Source: Azolla caroliniana
Taxonomy: Eukaryota > Plantae > Polypodiophyta
DNA length: 64,000 nt
Reading direction: 5' to 3'
Assembly: GCA_043228905.1 (NCBI GenBank)
Contig: JBHGNT010000009.1
Coordinates: 3,844,001 to 3,908,000, forward strand
The notes under the pieces were generated by a model. It worked only from the letters and a program-made list of their open reading frames with translations, was not told the origin of the DNA and did not search any database. Shown here piece by piece: positions 50,601 through 63,917 of the stretch (within the stretch, counting starts at the first letter, position 1; every line of letters begins with the position of its first letter). The translations under genes and the position numbers were made by a program.

Positions 50601-52948
50601 ACCAAGATCAAGGAAATGCATTTTCCTTGGATATGGACCCGATGGCGAGATTGGATACCGACTCTAGGACCCCGAGCACAGAAACATCGTCCGAAGTTCG
50701 GACGTCGTGTTCAATGAGTCGGCTATGCATAAAATGGCCGAAAGGCCTATTGAAGTCTAAAGGGTAATATTTTCCAAAGTGCCAACCCTTCATGAAGGCC
50801 CAACCCACAACACGAGATCGGTTTCACGGGTAACCGACACCTCTCGTCCTGAATCCACCGATTCAGCACAGCCGAAGGGCTCGACTTCCAACCATCCGAC
50901 ACCTATACCTGGTGCGACCAGTCTAGTCATACCTTGAAGATCCGAGAGACTGTTGCAACCTCTGGAAAGGTACTCTCCCGGAATTTTCTTTACTGATGTC
51001 GACGAACCGACGTCTTACGAAGAAGCATCGGCATCTAGCGATGGAGTCGGAAATGCACTCCATTCGCGCAAACAAGACTTAGGACTTGGTCGAATTACAG
51101 AAGAATCAACGTGCTCTTCTGTGTAAGTGGGTTTATTGACTAAAAGAGACGTCTGACTCGACCAACCCAAAGTACAAGGCCACATTAATTGCGAAGGGAT
51201 TTCAACAAGAATATGGTGTCGACTTCGACGAAATCTTTTCACCAGTGGTGAAAATGACAACCCTTCGTTTCATGCTCGGCTTCGTGGCCGCTGACAACCT
51301 GGAGCTGATTCAGCTAGATGTAAAAACGACATTCCTCCACGGTGACCTATAGGAGGAAATCTATATGGAGCAGCCGAAAGGCTTTGTGGCATCCGACTAG
51401 GAACATCTAGTCTGCCGACTCAGGAAGAGTTTATACAGCCTGAAACAAGCACCTTGATAGTGGTACAAGAAGTTCGACGACTTCATCCAGTCGGTCGGCT
51501 TCTCCAAGAGCGATGAGGACCATTGTCTCTTCACCAAAATAGCTCAAGACGGGTCTCCCGTCTTCCTCATCATTTACGTGGACGACATGCTACTCTTAGG
51601 CCGACATGCCGGAGAGATCACCGAACTCGTTTGGAAATTGCGGTTGAAGTTTGCCATGAAGGACCTCGGTTCGGCAAGACACATACTTGGTATGAAGATT
51701 AGTCGACATCGCGATAAACGACAACTTTTCTTGTCTCAAACCGACTACATTGAACGTGTCTTGGAACGCTTCAACATGCACTCGGCCAAGTCTGCCTCGA
51801 CCCCGCTCCCCATTAACCTTCGGCTATCTCAACGAGACTGCTCGACATCCGGTCCGGAGGGGGAAGATATGAAGTCGGTACCGTATGCACCGGTAGTCGG
51901 CTCCCTTATGTACGCGATGGTCGTGACACGGCCTGATATTTCTCACGTTGTAGGAGTCGTCAACAGATTCATGCACAACCAAGGCCGATCGCACTAGAAC
52001 GCAGTCAAGCATGTGTTAAGATATCTAGCTGGCACAAAAGACCACGACATTCTTTTTGGCCCGAACTCAACCTTAGGCGTAGTCGGTTACACCGACTCGG
52101 ACTTCGCCGGCTGCGTGGACAGTCGGAAATCAACAACCGGATATTGTTTCAAATTCGGCAATGGAGCAATCTCGTGGAAGTCGAAACTTCAGGAGTGCAC
52201 AACCACCTCAACGACCGAAGTGGAATATGTAGCTACGTCCGATGCAACAAAGAGAAGCTTTATGGCTCGTTCGGCTGGCACACATGTTTCGACAAGTCGA
52301 CCTCGACTCAGCTCCAGTTGTCTACATCGATAGTCAGGGTGTTGTTGCTTTGTCAAAAAATCCGGTTCACCACAACGCCTCCAAGCATTTCAACATTCGA
52401 TATCACTTTGTTCGGGACTGCGTCATTTCAAGGAAAATCGGTCTCAAGAAGATATCCACAACCGATAATGTTGCAGATGGAATGACCAAGTGTCTTTCGG
52501 CGGATAGCTTCTAGTCCCTTCGGCACCAAATGGGCGTAACGAAAAATCAGTCCGGTTAAAAAGTCGAACACAAAACACAGGATGGTTTCGGACAACCGAC
52601 ATCGGTTCTTTGAGGATTGGCTTCAGCTTTTCCGACCTGACCAGTTCGGTCTTTTGACTTCAGATCTTGCCGACTCAAACAAAACCGATCTGTCCGATAA
52701 ACCTTGTATATACCTGTAATTTAAGATAACCCATGTATATGCCCATTACGGGGGAGTGTCGAATACAAGTGTATAATGGCCGTATTCACACTGTCCCTTT
52801 GGACAACCCAAGTTTGGGCTATTTCTGTAAATAGCATAAAGGGCAGATGCCCTAGGATAGTCACTATATAAAGTGACATTGTAACCTTTAGTGAAGGTTG
52901 ATTGTCATTTGTAACTGTTGCTATTAAGAAATAAAACGTTTCTTTGTG

Positions 52949-52995
<47 letters not shown>

Positions 52996-53074
52996 CTTGT
53001 TCATTCTCATACACAGGTCCTTCAACATCACAGATGTTGTTTGTTCTTCCGCACTGACGACCTTGTCCCCAACA
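47638..53074 (+). mobile_element. Complete Ty1/Copia element, TSD CTGAT
   Basis: LTRs 47638-47939 and 52757-53074 (12 substitutions plus a 16-bp (CT)n length difference by eye); PBS TGGTATCAGAGC 47942-53; PPT ACGGGGGAG 52748-56; TSD at 47633-37 and 53075-79. Confidence 0.97.
48547..52558 (+). pseudogene. Copia gag-pol, heavily disrupted
   Basis: FDGSNFNF*KKQMQDYL, WLLDSGASYH, LVHSDVCGP, QLDVKTTFLHG, IYVDDML, GYTDSDFAG and HNASKHF; numerous stops, many at CGA/TGG/CAG-derived codons. Confidence 0.92.
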
Positions 53075-54758
53075 CTGATCACCAACGTACTTTTTGGTTC
53101 GCTCAATATTTTTGTGTTTTTCCTTAAGGCACCGCATCTAATCTATCTTTTGCGCTTCAATTGAACTACTAGTAACCAATCTTATGTGGTCGTCATAGGG
53201 CATTTGTTCTGCACCATAGATTATTGCATCTGAGAAATGCAATAAGAGCCTACATCCGTCTTGTGGCTCCCATTGCAAACTAGACGAGTATTGTTTGGCA
53301 TACAACATCATCTGGTTGTGACCGACCACACTTTTTTGGATGAGGAAGACGTGGTTAAATTTTATATTATTAAGCTTAGCAAGAACCCTACATCGAGTCC
53401 CATCACCATCAACACAAAAAGCCTTTAAAATCATAAACTTCCACGAGAGAGGAAAATGAAGTGCCTCCCCCCACGAATGAGGGAAAAGAAACTGATACAA
53501 TTACACACCAATATACCCTTAGACATACATATACACATAGACATCGCACATGCATGCATGTTTATATACACACACATCTAGACTTTCACCTACACATCAA
53601 CATATGTATATGTACTACCACACAAACACATTCATTCATTGGACCATCTCAATTCATTACTTTATGATAGCACCCACGATCACGTACGTCACCAACCATC
53701 GTTGTTTGTGTTGCTTCGTGATGTTGATACCATTATCCAATACTAATATACTCTTCTCCGTGACTCATCCATGCTATTGCCTCTACTGGTTTACCTTTAT
53801 CATGCAATGCTCTCTTGATTGCCACCACCTAATCAACCCATATTTAGTATCTTCTTAGCTCAACTACACATGTTGCCCTTGAATTGTTCTCTCATATAAT
53901 TATTTCATGTCAAATGCTAACATTCTTTGTGTTCTTATTTTGTTGTCATCCTACTTGAAAATTTCAAGCCATATCTTACAAGTAAAATAGTCACTGCTTC
54001 ACATGCATCCATTATTTCCTTGTCATTTTTCTTGTATCTTAACCGGTCCTTCATCATCAATGTACTTAATAATATGTGACTTCTTGGAAAACTTTCCAAG
54101 GGATTGATCTTGGTCATCATTTAATCCGACTTATAGATGAGCATAATGTGTAGATGTGCCTAATTACATCTCTTTGAAGAGGACTCATTGATACGACATA
54201 CTATTAACTTTTGCTCCTAGCTACACCTCTCCTTATTAGATTATATCTAGTTATTGGTGATATAATATCATAAACATGATCAAGAACATATGGTTATCTC
54301 AATGGATCAACATCCCCTAAGCAATAAGGATTTCTCTAGCTCGTAATTTATTCCAATTCATCAACAATCCTCACGTCCAAACACGTCTAACTAAATCTCT
54401 TCGCAAATGGATTCACGATACCATCAGCTTATGGTAATGCCAAGTCCTCTTTGACGTGGATGATATGACTCGAGATTATATATATATGCTCAGGATGCTC
54501 AGAAGCACCATTCCAAAGTGGAACACTTGATATCGATTCAAGGATCCATATATACATCTAGCTTCGTGGGGCACACTCTTGGGACGGTCCCGCCCCTAGC
54601 CTTGACTCTCTAAACAAGTTTTTGAGCTGCCAAGGCCTTACTATCTTACTAGTGGAACTTATTACTTATAAATGCTCTCCGAAGGAAGACAGGAGAACAA
54701 TTCACATGACCCCTTCCAAACAGAGAGCCCTTTTCATTCATTATCACCTCCCCCTCCA

Positions 54759-54768
54759 CACACACACG

Positions 54769-54849
<81 letters not shown>

Positions 54850-54989
54850 ACCCTTTTAACAAAACAGAGACTCTTTTTTGACTATAAATTCACTCATTCG
54901 CTCACTCTCTCTCTCTCTCCATTACACACACACACACAAGATCCTTTTTCAAAACAGAGACCTTCCTTAATTACAAATTCATTCATTCA

Positions 54990-55035
<46 letters not shown>
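54759..55035. repeat. Compound (CT)n/(CA)n microsatellites with repeated AAACAGAGA...AAATTCA spacer, upstream of GAUT
   Basis: Directly visible repeats. Confidence 0.85.
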
Positions 55036-55037
<2 letters not shown>

Positions 55038-55355
55038 CCCTGTTCTGCTGATTCATCTTCAAGCTCACCACCGATCTTGGGCCTTCACACAAGACTTTCG
55101 GAGGTATATTTTGTTCATCTCGTTTTCTTTGCACGTCTTTGTATATATAATGAATGGATTTGAATATACATACTAGCATTTGAACCCGAACCTGAGCTTC
55201 TGTACCTGAATATTAGATCTCTCGCTCAAATCTGAAGAAAAGAAGGGGTCGGGCTCAAGCTTTCATGGCGATCTTACCGATCCGCTGCTTCACAAGCTAA
55301 GATCTGCCTGGTTTCCTTTTCCTCCTCCTCTTCTTCTATAGAAGATCTGCAGAAA

Positions 55356-58300
55356 ATGAAACGTAGGCTTTTAGATCCCAGGAGACAACAGAGGAGGAAA
55401 TTCTCTTCTTCTGCGTTTTTTTTGCTTATTGTGGGTCTCTTCACATTGTTTACATTTGCTCTTCTTGGACACCAACGGCGCCCCATTCCATCTGCTCCTT
55501 CACGAATCAAGGTTTACCATCCTTTTCTTTTGTCTTTTTTCTTCTTCTTCTCAGATAATTTCTTTTATTCGAAATTATTGCATAAGATCTCATTTTGCGT
55601 TTAAGTAGGAACACATCTTGCGTTTACATAAAATCTCATTTTGTGTTTAAATAAGTTCGAATCCCCTGTTTAAATAATGTCAACATTCGTGTCTAAATAA
55701 GATAAGTGTTCGCCCTTATTTAAATAAGGTAAGAGTTTTATGTTTACATCAGATCAGATGTCGTCTTTATATAAGATCAGGAGTTGTTTAGATTGAAGAC
55801 GTCCTCTTAAGAATGGAGCTTTATTTTAGTTTAGCATCAGGGGAGCTAAAAAAATAGGAAAGAGAATATCAAGGAGGCTTAATTGTCTCATTTTGGCATC
55901 ACTACACCAATTTTATATTTGGCTTCATGCTGAAACTTGTTATGAAGTTACTGCATAGTGAAATTGGAACCCAATTCATCAAATCTCTCCTTTGTTTGTA
56001 GGAATTTTTTAATTAGTCTTTGCACTTCACAACCAAATCATGTAAAGAACAATTTCTTTATGCCAACACATGAAGAGCAAGTTTTAGCAAGGCTACCTTG
56101 TGCTAAATAACGTTCGTTCATAACTGTGATTTCCAGTTCCCTCGTAGAGCCTCATATAGTATGTTTATGAAGAGAGGTTATATAAGGTACTTGGGGTAAT
56201 TCCTGTAGCTCTTCCACCTGAGCCACTACATGCGAGCTTTGTCTTGTTCACTCTAGGCATGATAGTGAAAGCTATTTGCCACTTGCAAAGTGCTACAAAG
56301 TGGGCACATTTTGCACACAATTTCATTGGGTTATGGTGGAGGGCTTCCCACAGGAGAGGACCAGATGCACTATTGTGCTGGTTCAAAGATTGTTAATTCC
56401 CTATAATTAAGGAACTACAAGACCATCATGATTGGTCATATCATGACCATACTATTGTGGGTCAATACTTGAGGTGGGGTTTAGCTCATGCCATAGTTGT
56501 TAAAAAATGTGTATCCTACATTTATTCTATGTTTTAGAATACTCTGAAGTATTCTACACGTATTCTACGTTTTAGAACTGTGATTTTTCAAAATTTCACA
56601 TATTCTATGTATTCTAAAAATTTGACGTATTCTACATATTTAACAAGTATTTAACATTTCAAAAAATTGTAAACATTTTGAAAATTTTAAAAATTATTAT
56701 TCTTTTGAAAAAAACATTAAATTTTAAGAAGCATTTAACATATTTTATGAGTATTCTACATATTTAAAGTATTCTAGATGTATTCTGAGTATTTAACGTA
56801 TTTATCTGTAAAATACGTATTCTAAATGTTTTAAAAAAGAAGTTAGAATACTTAGCATACATATTCTATGCGTATTGTATGCTAAGTATCCTACAACAAT
56901 GGCTCATGCAGAGAGAGGAGAGGGGCTTTCCGTCCTTGACCAGGTGAGCTTCAGATGGGCATTCACTACCATCAATCACATTTTCGTTCTATGTTGGCTC
57001 ATTAATGGACAAGGTATAGTCATAAGATGCTACATTGTTGCTTTGTGGACTTGGCAAAGTTTTTGACACAGTTCTGTGCAAGATGCTCTTCCAAGGCTAC
57101 CAAGGATTGTGGTTAACTGCAGAGATAATTTGGGCCATTTGTGCTATGTACAAGAAAGTGAAAGGTAGAGTGCATTGCATTGGGGCCTTATTAGAAACCA
57201 TTGCCAGTGCAATTGGTGTGAAGCAAGGGTGCCCACTCTCTCTCACAGTTTCTGGAATCTGCCTCGATGAAGTCTTTTACTATATTGCGAGCTGGGGGAG
57301 AGATTGTGAACTATAAAAGTAGCCAATGCATTATTATATCATGATTAATGCTGATGTCAACTCGATTTTGTAGTCTTAGGTGGGTCCACATGGCCATCTC
57401 ATTGCTCTTGATGAGTTTTGCACCTAGAGAAGGCTTCCGATAAACCCTGGGAAGACCAAGACTATGTTGTTTTACATATGCAAACTTGTTAGGAAAGGTG
57501 CAATATTGACATCGTCAGGAGGCTAGGTGGAGGTGGGGGAGTCTTAGGCATACATGGAAGTTACTTTTGCAAGCCCACTAGGACTTTTCACCTTGACACG
57601 GTGCAATTACCTAGATGATATGCAACCTTGGATATGAGAAAGCAGAAAGCACATTTTAATAAAGCTTTTATGTAAGGATAGGTTACGACACAATAGTCTC
57701 ATCCAGCTTGATGTATGCACCAACGGTGTGGGCCCTTGAACTCTCACGTATGTCATGGACAAAGATTGAGATTGCAGATATATATGATGACATGCCTAAT
57801 ACACATCGAGAACTTGGTATTACATGATAATATCAGAGCACAGATCTCACTGCATTGCTCTTGATTGTTTAAGACGTCTTCTAGGACAAAGATTGAGATT
57901 GCAGATATATATGATGACATGCCTAATACACATCGAGAACTTGGTATTACATGATAATATCAGAGCACAGATCTCACTGCATTGCTCTTGATTGTTTAAG
58001 ACGTCTTCTAGGAAATCTGTTTTGTTTAGGAGGTGAATTACCATGAGATAAACTCACCATGCAATGTATTGAAGTCCCCTAGATGGATAGATAGATATTT
58101 TTTTAGCGTCCATAGAGAGGCCAATATTGACCCATAGGACCTAAGTACAAAAGTTATCTTTATGTGTGTCTCCTTCTAAGAAGGGATATTCATACTTTGA
58201 AGCACCAAGTCTCGGTGTGCGAATAAGGCATACACATATGAGCTCAACCTTCTAGGTGTTCTCTCTAGTATGATACTCAAGTCATCATCCCCACTTAATA

Positions 58301-61300
58301 TATCGTCATAGCTTTCATGAATTGCACTATACGCAGAGCATGTAAAAAGCAAGTTATTTTGGCTGATTTTGATTCCATAATGCAACTTCAATACTTAGGT
58401 TGTGTGATCAAGTGCGAAGGAGTGTTAGGGCTCTACGAGAGTTAATACTCATGTTAGTAATGAGGTAAGGTTGAATATGATCAATGGGCCTTCTTGCCTT
58501 AAATAGGACCCAACATTCAGGATTGATGTTTGCAATGTAATATTCTAATTTTGTCCTTTAGCATCTTTCCACTTCTTCCCTAGTGGATCTCCCAATTTTG
58601 GAGTTTGCTTATGGCTTTCAACCATGAACCTTTATTGATGTTAATATACATCGTGATGAGTTGAGAAATACACAAAACATTCCAAGAGATACGCAAAATA
58701 TGCTAGATATCGCATGATATAATATAAAAACGACTCAATATAGAGCACATTTTTATGCTGACCATATTTGAGAACCTTTTGTTTTCAACCTTGGACAAAA
58801 AGTATTTCCATGTGTGCCTTACGATTCTAAGCCATTATCTATTGGTAAGTGTGCTAAATTAGCCCCATGGTTTTGTGGACCTTTCACATTCCTCAAATGC
58901 ATTGGTTCATCCGTCTATTCCCTCGCTCTTCTTGACGGTATCAAAATCCATTCGGTTTTGATGTAAATCATTTGAAAGAACTTCTTTGTTCTCACAATAA
59001 TATAGTTACAACCGAAACTTTGTTTATTTTCGAGGATTTAGTTTCTAAGCCACATGCACTTTAGAGATTTCTCGATGTTAAAATAAAACATTTTTCTTAC
59101 AAAACAATCCAAGAATTAAAAATTAAATGTATTTATAAGTCTATTGAAGATGCTACATGGGAACAAGAAGACACCATTAAGACGAACTTCCCTAACTTCT
59201 CATTTCAAGAGATGTGATGTCTTAAAGAGGGGGGTATATACAGGCATAACCACAATTGGTATAAACACGAAACCCTAAACTTTTGAGAGTGGATCATGGA
59301 AATCGACAAAAGTTTCTGGACTTGTTACGAAGGGCACAAAGAAATGCTGTTTATTTTGCAAAAGCCTGACCACTTCGTGATGCCAATTATTTCATGTGTG
59401 CTTGCAATCTGAAACTAAAACTTTTGAAACATTTTGTATGCATAAAACATTGGTCTTACCTACCACATTTTAAGTGACAATTTTCAAGATCAGATTTCAG
59501 ACTTTTGGGATAATATGTATGATGTTAATTATGGTTCCAATTTGTTTGTGAGCTTTGAAATCACAGCTATAATTTGGCATTTCATACATAGATACAATAT
59601 CAGCGCAAGCTACAGGTTGGGAATTCCTCCATAAAATACCCCTGGTTGCCGCAAATGGCTATTAAATCCCTCACTAAACCAGAAAATGGTCTCATAATAC
59701 AATGTTTATGCAACACATTTGTTTTAATGGTGTACTCATTTCTATTTATTAATTATGTTTGATCTGCAATGCGAGTCAAAATGTTTTCATAGAAATGTTT
59801 TTCCTTCAGGCTGTCCTAGTTTTAAGAATAATAGCAATGTTTTTAGGATCTTACTTGACCTGGATTCATCAAATAAAATATATATAAATTTTTATGAGGA
59901 ATTTTTCATAAAAGTATTTTTCAGATACCAAAATGTATTCCAAATTATGAGGAATTGAGCAACATTGATTGGATGGTTGTGATAAGTCAATTTTCTGAAA
60001 ATGAACTTGATGCGAATGATTTTATTTAAACTCTGGCACCCCAATGGAAAACTGATCTGGATAATGACATTTGAATTGTAGTTCTTCTAAAAGTTTTATA
60101 TTATTCATCATAGGTTTGTATATCTGGGCATGGAAACCACCATGCTTGTGTAATAGTGTTAAAGAGTGCCACTCCTGTCCTTACATGCTTGTTTCTATTC
60201 TGCAGCATGTGAATGAGCCATCCTCATTCAATTTGACAAATGAGATTCTTAGTTCTGTGTCTTTAACTCGGCAATTGGGGGATCAGATGACACTAGCCAA
60301 GGCCTATGTTGTAATAGCAAAGGAAAACAATAATTTAGAACTGGCATGGGAATTAAGTGCACAGATTCGAGCATGCCAGCAACTTCTTTCTAAATCAGCA
60401 GCACGAGGTTACCCATCAAGTCTGGAGGAGGCTGAACCAATTATACGAGCACTTTCTATATTGATCTATCAGGCGAAAGAGCTTCATTATGATAGTGCTA
60501 CAATGATAATGAAACTCAAGGCCCAGATTCAGGGATTAGAGGAAAGGGTTAATGCAGCTACAGTACAGAGCACAACTTTTGGGCAACTTGCAGCAGAAGC
60601 GGTACCAAAAGGTTTGTATTGTCTTGGAAATAGGCTTACTATGGAATGGGCAATTGATCCCGATCTTCGGAGTTTCATTGCAAGGCAGAAGCGATCAACA
60701 AAGCTAGTAGATACCAGACTCTATCATTTTTGCATCTTCTCTGACAATATACTTGCAACTTCTGTAGTGGTGAACTCAACAGTCACAAATGCGGTGCAGC
60801 CCGACCATCTTGTTTTTCACCTTGTGACAGATCAAGTTAATTTTGGCGCTATGCAGGCATGGTTCAGCATAAATGATTTTAAAGGAGCAACAATTGAAGT
60901 GCAAAATGTAGACAATTTCTCATGGCTCAATGCTTCCTATGTGCCTGTGCTGAAGCAACTTCAGGATGCAGAGACTCAGAGTTATTACTTCAAAGGAGGC
61001 CAAGATCCCAAGAGTGCTGTGAAATTCCGTAATCCAAAGTACTTATCCATGCTTAACCACTTGCGGTTTTACATTCCTGAAGTCTATCCTTCTTTGAAGA
61101 AGGTAGTATTTCTTGATGATGATGTGGTGGTTCAAAAGGACTTGACAAATTTATTCTCAATAGATCTTCATGGGAATGTGAATGGAGCAGTGGAGACTTG
61201 CCTAGAGTCTTTCCATCGATACCACAAATACTTGAATTTCTCTCATCCAAAGATTCAAGCAAGTTTCGATCCTGATGCTTGTGGATGGGCCTTCGGAATG

Positions 61301-61642
61301 AATGTTTTTGATCTTGTGGCTTGGAGGGAGGCAAACGTAACGAGTCGGTATCATTATTGGCAAGAACAAAATGTTGATAGAACTTTATGGAAGCTTGGAA
61401 CATTACCACCGGGGTTACTAACCTTTTATGGGTTAACCGAGCCTCTCGACCGCAAGTGGCATGTGTTAGGTCTCGGATATGATCCCAATGTGGATGATCA
61501 GCTGATCGAAACAGCTGCAGTTGTGCACTATAATGGTAATCTCAAGCCATGGCTGAAGCTTGCCATGAGTAGGTATAGACCTCTGTGGGAGAAGTATGTG
61601 AACTTCTTACATCCTTTGCTACAAGAATGCAATGTACACTGA
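55356..61642 (+). CDS. GAUT: Galacturonosyltransferase (GT8), GAUT10/GAUT11-like; 2 exons, 530 aa, type II membrane protein
   Basis: Exon 1 55356-55511 (basic N-tail plus TM helix; AAG|GTTT donor) and exon 2 60206-61642 (TGCAG acceptor, phase 0). Motifs LAKAYVVIAKE, HFCIFSDNILATSVVVNST, YLSMLNHLRFYIPE, FLDDDVVVQKDL, CGWAFGMN, LWKLGTLPPGL and HYNGNLKPW. Confidence 0.95.
56492..56901. mobile_element. Non-autonomous hAT element/MITE (410 bp), 8-bp TSD GCTCATGC
   Basis: GCTCATGC at 56484-91 and 56902-09; TIRs CATAGTTGT / ACAACAATG (8/9); internal (G)TATTCT repeats. Confidence 0.88.
57757..58013. repeat. Perfect 127-bp tandem duplication
   Basis: 57757-57883 is identical to 57884-58010, with GGA microhomology at the junctions. 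Confidence 0.92.
58085..58590 (-). mobile_element. Second RTE/RTEX-like 3' fragment, same family as 28771-29745
   Basis: LLFTCSAYSAI...RTPRRLSSYVYALFAHRDLVL and the 3' UTR align with 28790-29330; tail (TATC)n. Confidence 0.8.
58800..59234 (+). mobile_element. Gypsy chromovirus integrase C-terminus/chromodomain remnant with PPT
   Basis: KLAPWFCGPF, IGSSVYSLAL..GIKIHSV and KIKC...IEDATWEQED; AAGAGGGGGG PPT at ~59225. Confidence 0.75.
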
Positions 61643-62843
61643 TTGGGAAGCAATTCTTTTTTTTGGGCCTTACTGTTTCTGGCACTCTTTGAGTAATGCT
61701 CAATTCTTGGTGAATTGAAACAGAGTGCCCAAGTGAAGAAAATGAGATTTTTTTCTCTTCATTTAGATATTATAGAGTTCCATTCTTTTAGAGAAATCAA
61801 ATTTGTTATTTCATTTCAGGACTAACGAGGTGAGATCCTTAATGGAAAGCAATGCAATATAAGAAGCCGATGACTAATATATGCCTGAAATGATGTGATT
61901 TTAGTTCTTAGTCTAGATGTTGGCAGTGCCTTTGGGTGCATCCATGATCATTTAGAGTAATACTTTTCTCTGGGGCATGACTATTGTATTTGTCTTCTTT
62001 ATTTTGCATCTGCTTCGAAAAGGTGCACTCTAGGTGGTTAAGAGCCACCATTAACGAGGCAGTTTCGACTGCAAGAAATCATGTCTTGACATAAAAATGA
62101 AATGTAAAACTTGTCAAGCGTCTTTGTATCTCATTGATATGCAAAATACTGTTTTCCTTTGTTTGCATCTTTTTTATCACTCTCTGCGTCCATATGCTTG
62201 ATGGGTTGGTTGCCTTACATATCGGAACCTTGGTTGTTAGGCTAGTGAACTTTATGGATAAGGGAATTTGAATATTTAGAGATAAGCATCTTGATCAATG
62301 CTCTCTTAAGACATACTTTTGGAATTTCAAGAAAATTGATTTACATCGGGGAAAAGAAAGTTTGAAATGCAAAATTAAATCATGTCTTAAATGAAAATTT
62401 CCCAAGAGCTACCCAAGGGAGTATAGATATAAACATGTACATTGAATTTAAGGAATTTCTTGTATAATGGAGAGAACATACTCACTGAGAGTTTTTTGTG
62501 AAGTATGGGAGAACAATGCAACAATCTTTGGGGAGGTACCATAATAATTGCCTTTAGGGAGAGGACATTGAGAAGTGTGCCAAACGTTATAAATCTTTGT
62601 CATACAATCCAATCATTGTCCTTTATAAGTAGATCCATTGCTTTGGGGGTGTTTTGTGTCTCAAATTTGTGGAATGTCTTGCTAATAAAAATTTCCTTAT
62701 GACATAAATAAAGTTTTATAGATTAGTTGGTGAATTCTTGCATACTCATTGAACCTTTGATGTTAGCTTCTTTCTCATGTATTTGAGGAGATGAAATCTG
62801 TGGTATTTGGATCAACAAAATGATCAAACATTTTTATGAATGC

Positions 62844-62879
<36 letters not shown>

Positions 62880-63917
62880 CTATGAAATCATGAATCGAAG
62901 CTATGTCTCAATTTGTTATAGAAAAGATAGAGAAAAACATTGAATTAAGAAATTCCTTACAATAGGATGTATTAGCGAGCGTCGGCGGACAGGAATATTG
63001 TTCCAATTGGGCCTATGAGTGAGTGTGTGTGTGTCAATTATCAATGTCTTTGGAATTTATTAACAATTTCTGTTGCACCTTGCCCCCTAATATGAGCAAG
63101 AAGAAGACACGCACGTGTCAACGACTGTGTCTCCTTGATGATTTTCTTTTCTTTTCTTTGGGTAGCATGTCATCAAGGATCCCACGAGTTCCGTTATTGG
63201 CTTGTGATAAGCCAGGAGTGATGATGGGCCCCAGAGCTGTGGGTTGGGGCCTTCGAAACACGGGATAGGATCGCGAACCCGAGTGCGTGAAGCGGGGTTG
63301 TCGTCGGTCGGTCAGTGGGCATGGCCACGATAGTCTCACATATGAGTTGTGTAGGCACGAGACGAGTGGGCGGGGGCCCGGGGGTTTGTAGAGGTGGCCG
63401 TGTCGGTCGGGCAGACAAGATGGTTGGTTGGTGGCAGGAGGAGGAGGAGGAGGAGGAGGAGGAGGGGCCAAGAAGAAGAAGAAGAAGAAGAGGAAAATGG
63501 TTGGTGTTGGTGTTGGTTTTGGGAGGGACAAATGGGCCAAAACACAAAGACAACTCTCTGACAGTCTCCTCTACTTCTTCTTTCTTCTTTCTTTCTTTCT
63601 TCTTCTTCTTCTTCTTCTTCTTCTTCTTCTTTGTTCTTCTTCTTGTTTCTGCAGTATATGGCAAAACATTTGTTCCTTCTGATGCGAGACGAAGTTGGAG
63701 AGGAGGAGGAAGAAGAAGAAGAAGAAGAAGAAGAAGAAGAAGGAGAAGCCGCCGCCGTCTCCCCCTCCGCCTCCGCAGCAGCAGCTGCGGCGATAGCAAC
63801 GGCACCGAAACTGATACAGCAGCAGACGTAGAAGCAGAGGTACGCAGACAGAAAGAAGTAAAGAGAGAACGGGAAGGAAGAAGACTCGCGGCAGGTGAAA
63901 TAAAGGAAGCCATCGCT

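Larger units (their letters stand above)
46870..54120 (-). pseudogene. Decayed DNA-transposase-like gene (DUF7869/Sola-like C-terminal region), split by the Copia at 47638-53074
   Basis: VEVYDFK.F, LNNIKFNHVFLIQK...MMLYAKQYSSSLQWEP, and a terminal FWIAKIIEI...IVVHWY module. The frame rejoins across the Copia as KKYVGDQDVEWWDNFF. Family assignment is from motif resemblance only; catalytic core and TIRs were not located. Confidence 0.45.
56250..58050 (+). mobile_element. Decayed RTE/RTEX-like LINE RT fragment in the GAUT intron
   Basis: NYKTIMIGH, CFVDL.KVFDTV, IGVKQGCPLS, ADV-like and INPGKTK remnants; boundaries approximate. Confidence 0.7.

Noticed and set aside
60071-60205. Signal-peptide-like N-terminus of the 523-aa ORF
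   Set aside because: It begins at TTG inside the intron; the real N-terminus is exon 1 at 55356, spliced to 60206.
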